DNA of 64,000 nucleotides from Escherichia coli (GTDB lineage Bacteria; Pseudomonadota; Gammaproteobacteria; Enterobacterales; Enterobacteriaceae): NCBI RefSeq assembly GCF_003019035.1, contig NZ_CP027447.1; one strand, 5' to 3'. Shown piece by piece: positions 62,207 to 64,000 of this stretch (position 1 is its first letter; each line of letters starts with the position of its first letter). The notes under the pieces were generated by a model. It saw only the letters and a program-made list of their open reading frames with translations, ran no database searches and was not told where the DNA came from. The position numbers and the translations under genes were made by a program.

Positions 62207-62306
62207 AGGCATTAGACATTTGTGCCTGATGCGACGCTGATTATCCGACCTGGAAATATCACCACTTCCGCAGGTCGGATAAGGCGTTCACGCCGCATCC
62301 GGCAGG
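62207..62306. repeat. REP/BIME cluster
   Basis: gcctgatgcgacgctgattatccgacc ... ggtcggataaggcgttcacgccgcatccggca between the arcC-like gene and purK. Confidence 0.55.
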
Positions 62307-62321
62307 AATATGAGTACCAGG

Positions 62322-63389
62322 TTAACTGAACTTACTCTGCGCCCACATCACGCCGCTGGCATACTCTGGCGGCAGCAGCGGAATTAAGGCTTCCAGCGTC
62401 GCGGTCAGACGCGATGTGTCGCTGTCGGTCAAATTCAGATGCCCCACTTTACGCCCCGGACGGACTTCTTTGTCGTACCAGTGCAGATGCACCAGCGGCA
62501 GTTTCAGCCAGTCATAATTCACATCGCTACCAATCAGGTTGATCATCACCGACGGACTATTCACTACTGGTTGCGGTAACGGCAGATCGGTAATCGCCCG
62601 CAGATGCAGCTCAAACTGGCTGATGCTGGCACCGTTTTGTGTCCAGTGACCGCTGTTATGCACACGCGGAGCCAGTTCGTTGATCAGCAGACCTTGCGGG
62701 GTGACAAAACACTCCATCGCCATCACGCCCACATAGCCCAGCTCCTGCATAATCGCCGACAGCATCTCTTCGGCCTGCGCCTGCTGCTGCGCGTTGGCCT
62801 GCGGGAAAGCGACGCTGGTGCGCAAAATACCGTCCTGATGCAGGTTATGCGTCAGCGGATAAAACACGGTGCTACCATCAAAGCCGCGCGCGCCAACCAG
62901 CGACACTTCACCAGAGAAGTTTATGCCCTGCTCGACAATACATTCGCCGTAGCATTCAGCCGGTAACTGTTCGGTTTCATCGGCGCGTAAACGCCATTGA
63001 CCGCGTCCGTCATAGCCACCAGTGCGACGCTTAACAATCGCCAGCTCACCTAAACGATCAAACACCGCAGGCCACTCGCTGCGATCGGCAAGTAACTGCC
63101 ACGGTGCGGTCGGCAGGTGAAGCTTGTCGAAAAGCTGCTTCTGAGTCAGACGGTCAGCAATAATCGGGAACACATCGCGGTTCACAAAGGCCGGATGGCG
63201 CGCCAGCTCGCGGGTTAATGCGGTTTCCGGCCAGCGTTCGATCTCAGCGGTAATCACACTTTGTTGAAAAGGCACCGCCGCCGGTTCAGCGTCCAGCCCG
63301 ACTGGCCAGACAGCAATGCCTAACGGTTCGCCTGCCTGACGCAGCATACGGCCTAACTGCCCGTTACCGAGGACGCAAACCTGTTTCAT
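62322..63389 (-). CDS. purK: N5-carboxyaminoimidazole ribonucleotide synthase
   Basis: 355 aa ATP-grasp protein; overlaps the purE stop. Confidence 0.9.
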   Translation of the reverse strand: MKQVCVLGNGQLGRMLRQAGEPLGIAVWPVGLDAEPAAVPFQQSVITAEIERWPETALTRELARHPAFVNRDVFPIIADRLTQKQLFDKLHLPTAPWQLLADRSEWPAVFDRLGELAIVKRRTGGYDGRGQWRLRADETEQLPAECYGECIVEQGINFSGEVSLVGARGFDGSTVFYPLTHNLHQDGILRTSVAFPQANAQQQAQAEEMLSAIMQELGYVGVMAMECFVTPQGLLINELAPRVHNSGHWTQNGASISQFELHLRAITDLPLPQPVVNSPSVMINLIGSDVNYDWLKLPLVHLHWYDKEVRPGRKVGHLNLTDSDTSRLTATLEALIPLLPPEYASGVMWAQSKFS

Positions 63390-63895
63390 GCCGCACCTCG
63401 CGGGTCCGGGTTTTCCAGCACTTCGTCAGTCTGTGCTTTGCGCCAGTCATTCAGACGCTGGTGTAGCTCTTTATCATGAGTTGCAAGAATTTGTGCTGCC
63501 AGTAACGCCGCGTTTGCCGCGCCAGCTTTACCAATCGCCAGCGTACCCACCGGAATGCCGCGTGGCATTTGTACGATAGAGTAGAGGCTATCGACACCGC
63601 TCAGTGCGGCGCTCTGTACTGGCACGCCCAGCACTGGCACCAGCGTTTTGGCGGCAATCATGCCAGGCAGGTGCGCTGCGCCGCCTGCGCCCGCAATAAT
63701 TACCTGATAACCGTTCTCTTCGGCGCTTTCGGCGAAGCTGAACAGTTTATCGGGGGTGCGGTGAGCAGAAACCACTTCAACGTGGTGCGGGACATTCAGG
63801 ATTTCGAAGATTTCGGCGGCGAACTGCATGGTAGCCCAGTCGCTTTTGGACCCCATCACGATGGCGACACGCGCCGGATTATTGCGGGAAGACAT
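63386..63895 (-). CDS. purE: N5-CAIR mutase
   Basis: 169 aa from [20 protein letters not shown]; the track ORF is nine codons longer. Confidence 0.9.
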   Translation of the reverse strand: MSSRNNPARVAIVMGSKSDWATMQFAAEIFEILNVPHHVEVVSAHRTPDKLFSFAESAEENGYQVIIAGAGGAAHLPGMIAAKTLVPVLGVPVQSAALSGVDSLYSIVQMPRGIPVGTLAIGKAGAANAALLAAQILATHDKELHQRLNDWRKAQTDEVLENPDPRGAA

Positions 63896-63966
63896 GCGTC
63901 TTAAAACTCCTGTGGTGCACAACTCTCGGCTTTAGAGGGCACAGAGAATAGCACGGAAAGAGAGCA

Positions 63967-63982
63967 AGGAAAACGGTTGCGT
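63967..63982 (-). promoter_or_regulatory. PurR box candidate upstream of purE
   Basis: Minus-strand sequence acgcaaccgttttcct resembles the PurR operator consensus ACGCAAACGTTTTCNT. Confidence 0.5.
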
Positions 63983-64000
63983 GGCTGTGAAATCAGCAAA

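Overview
This window reads as an Escherichia coli-type chromosomal segment running glsA(partial)-ybaT ... cueR-ybbJ-qmcA-fetAB-ybbN-ybbO-tesA-ybbA-ybbP ... mnmH-allS-allA-allR-gcl-hyi-glxR-ybbW-allB-ybbY-glxK-allE-allC-allD-fdrA-ylbE-ylbF-arcC(ybcF)-purK-purE. Gene identities come from reading the supplied translations and from my recollection of the K-12 map; no database search was run. Three accessory insertions interrupt this backbone. (1) About 26 kb between ybaT and cueR carries a type I secretion system: a TolC-family outer membrane protein, a 6925-aa tandem-repeat adhesin (BapA/LapA-like), an ABC transporter and an HlyD-family adaptor whose stop codon overlaps the cueR start. (2) About 2.5 kb between cueR and ybbJ carries a small YadA-like trimeric autotransporter, a lipoprotein, a small membrane protein and a divergent putative HTH protein. 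(3) Between ybbP and mnmH, where I recall K-12 having rhsD, there is an IS110-family (IS621-like) element inserted into a REP sequence, with a structured non-coding left end that looks like a bridge RNA, followed by an unannotated 27-codon DinQ-like type I toxin ORF and a candidate trans-acting antisense sRNA. The allantoin and purine backbone looks ordinary; AllR and PurR operator-like palindromes are visible. The many minus-strand ORFs inside the giant gene are treated as artefacts.
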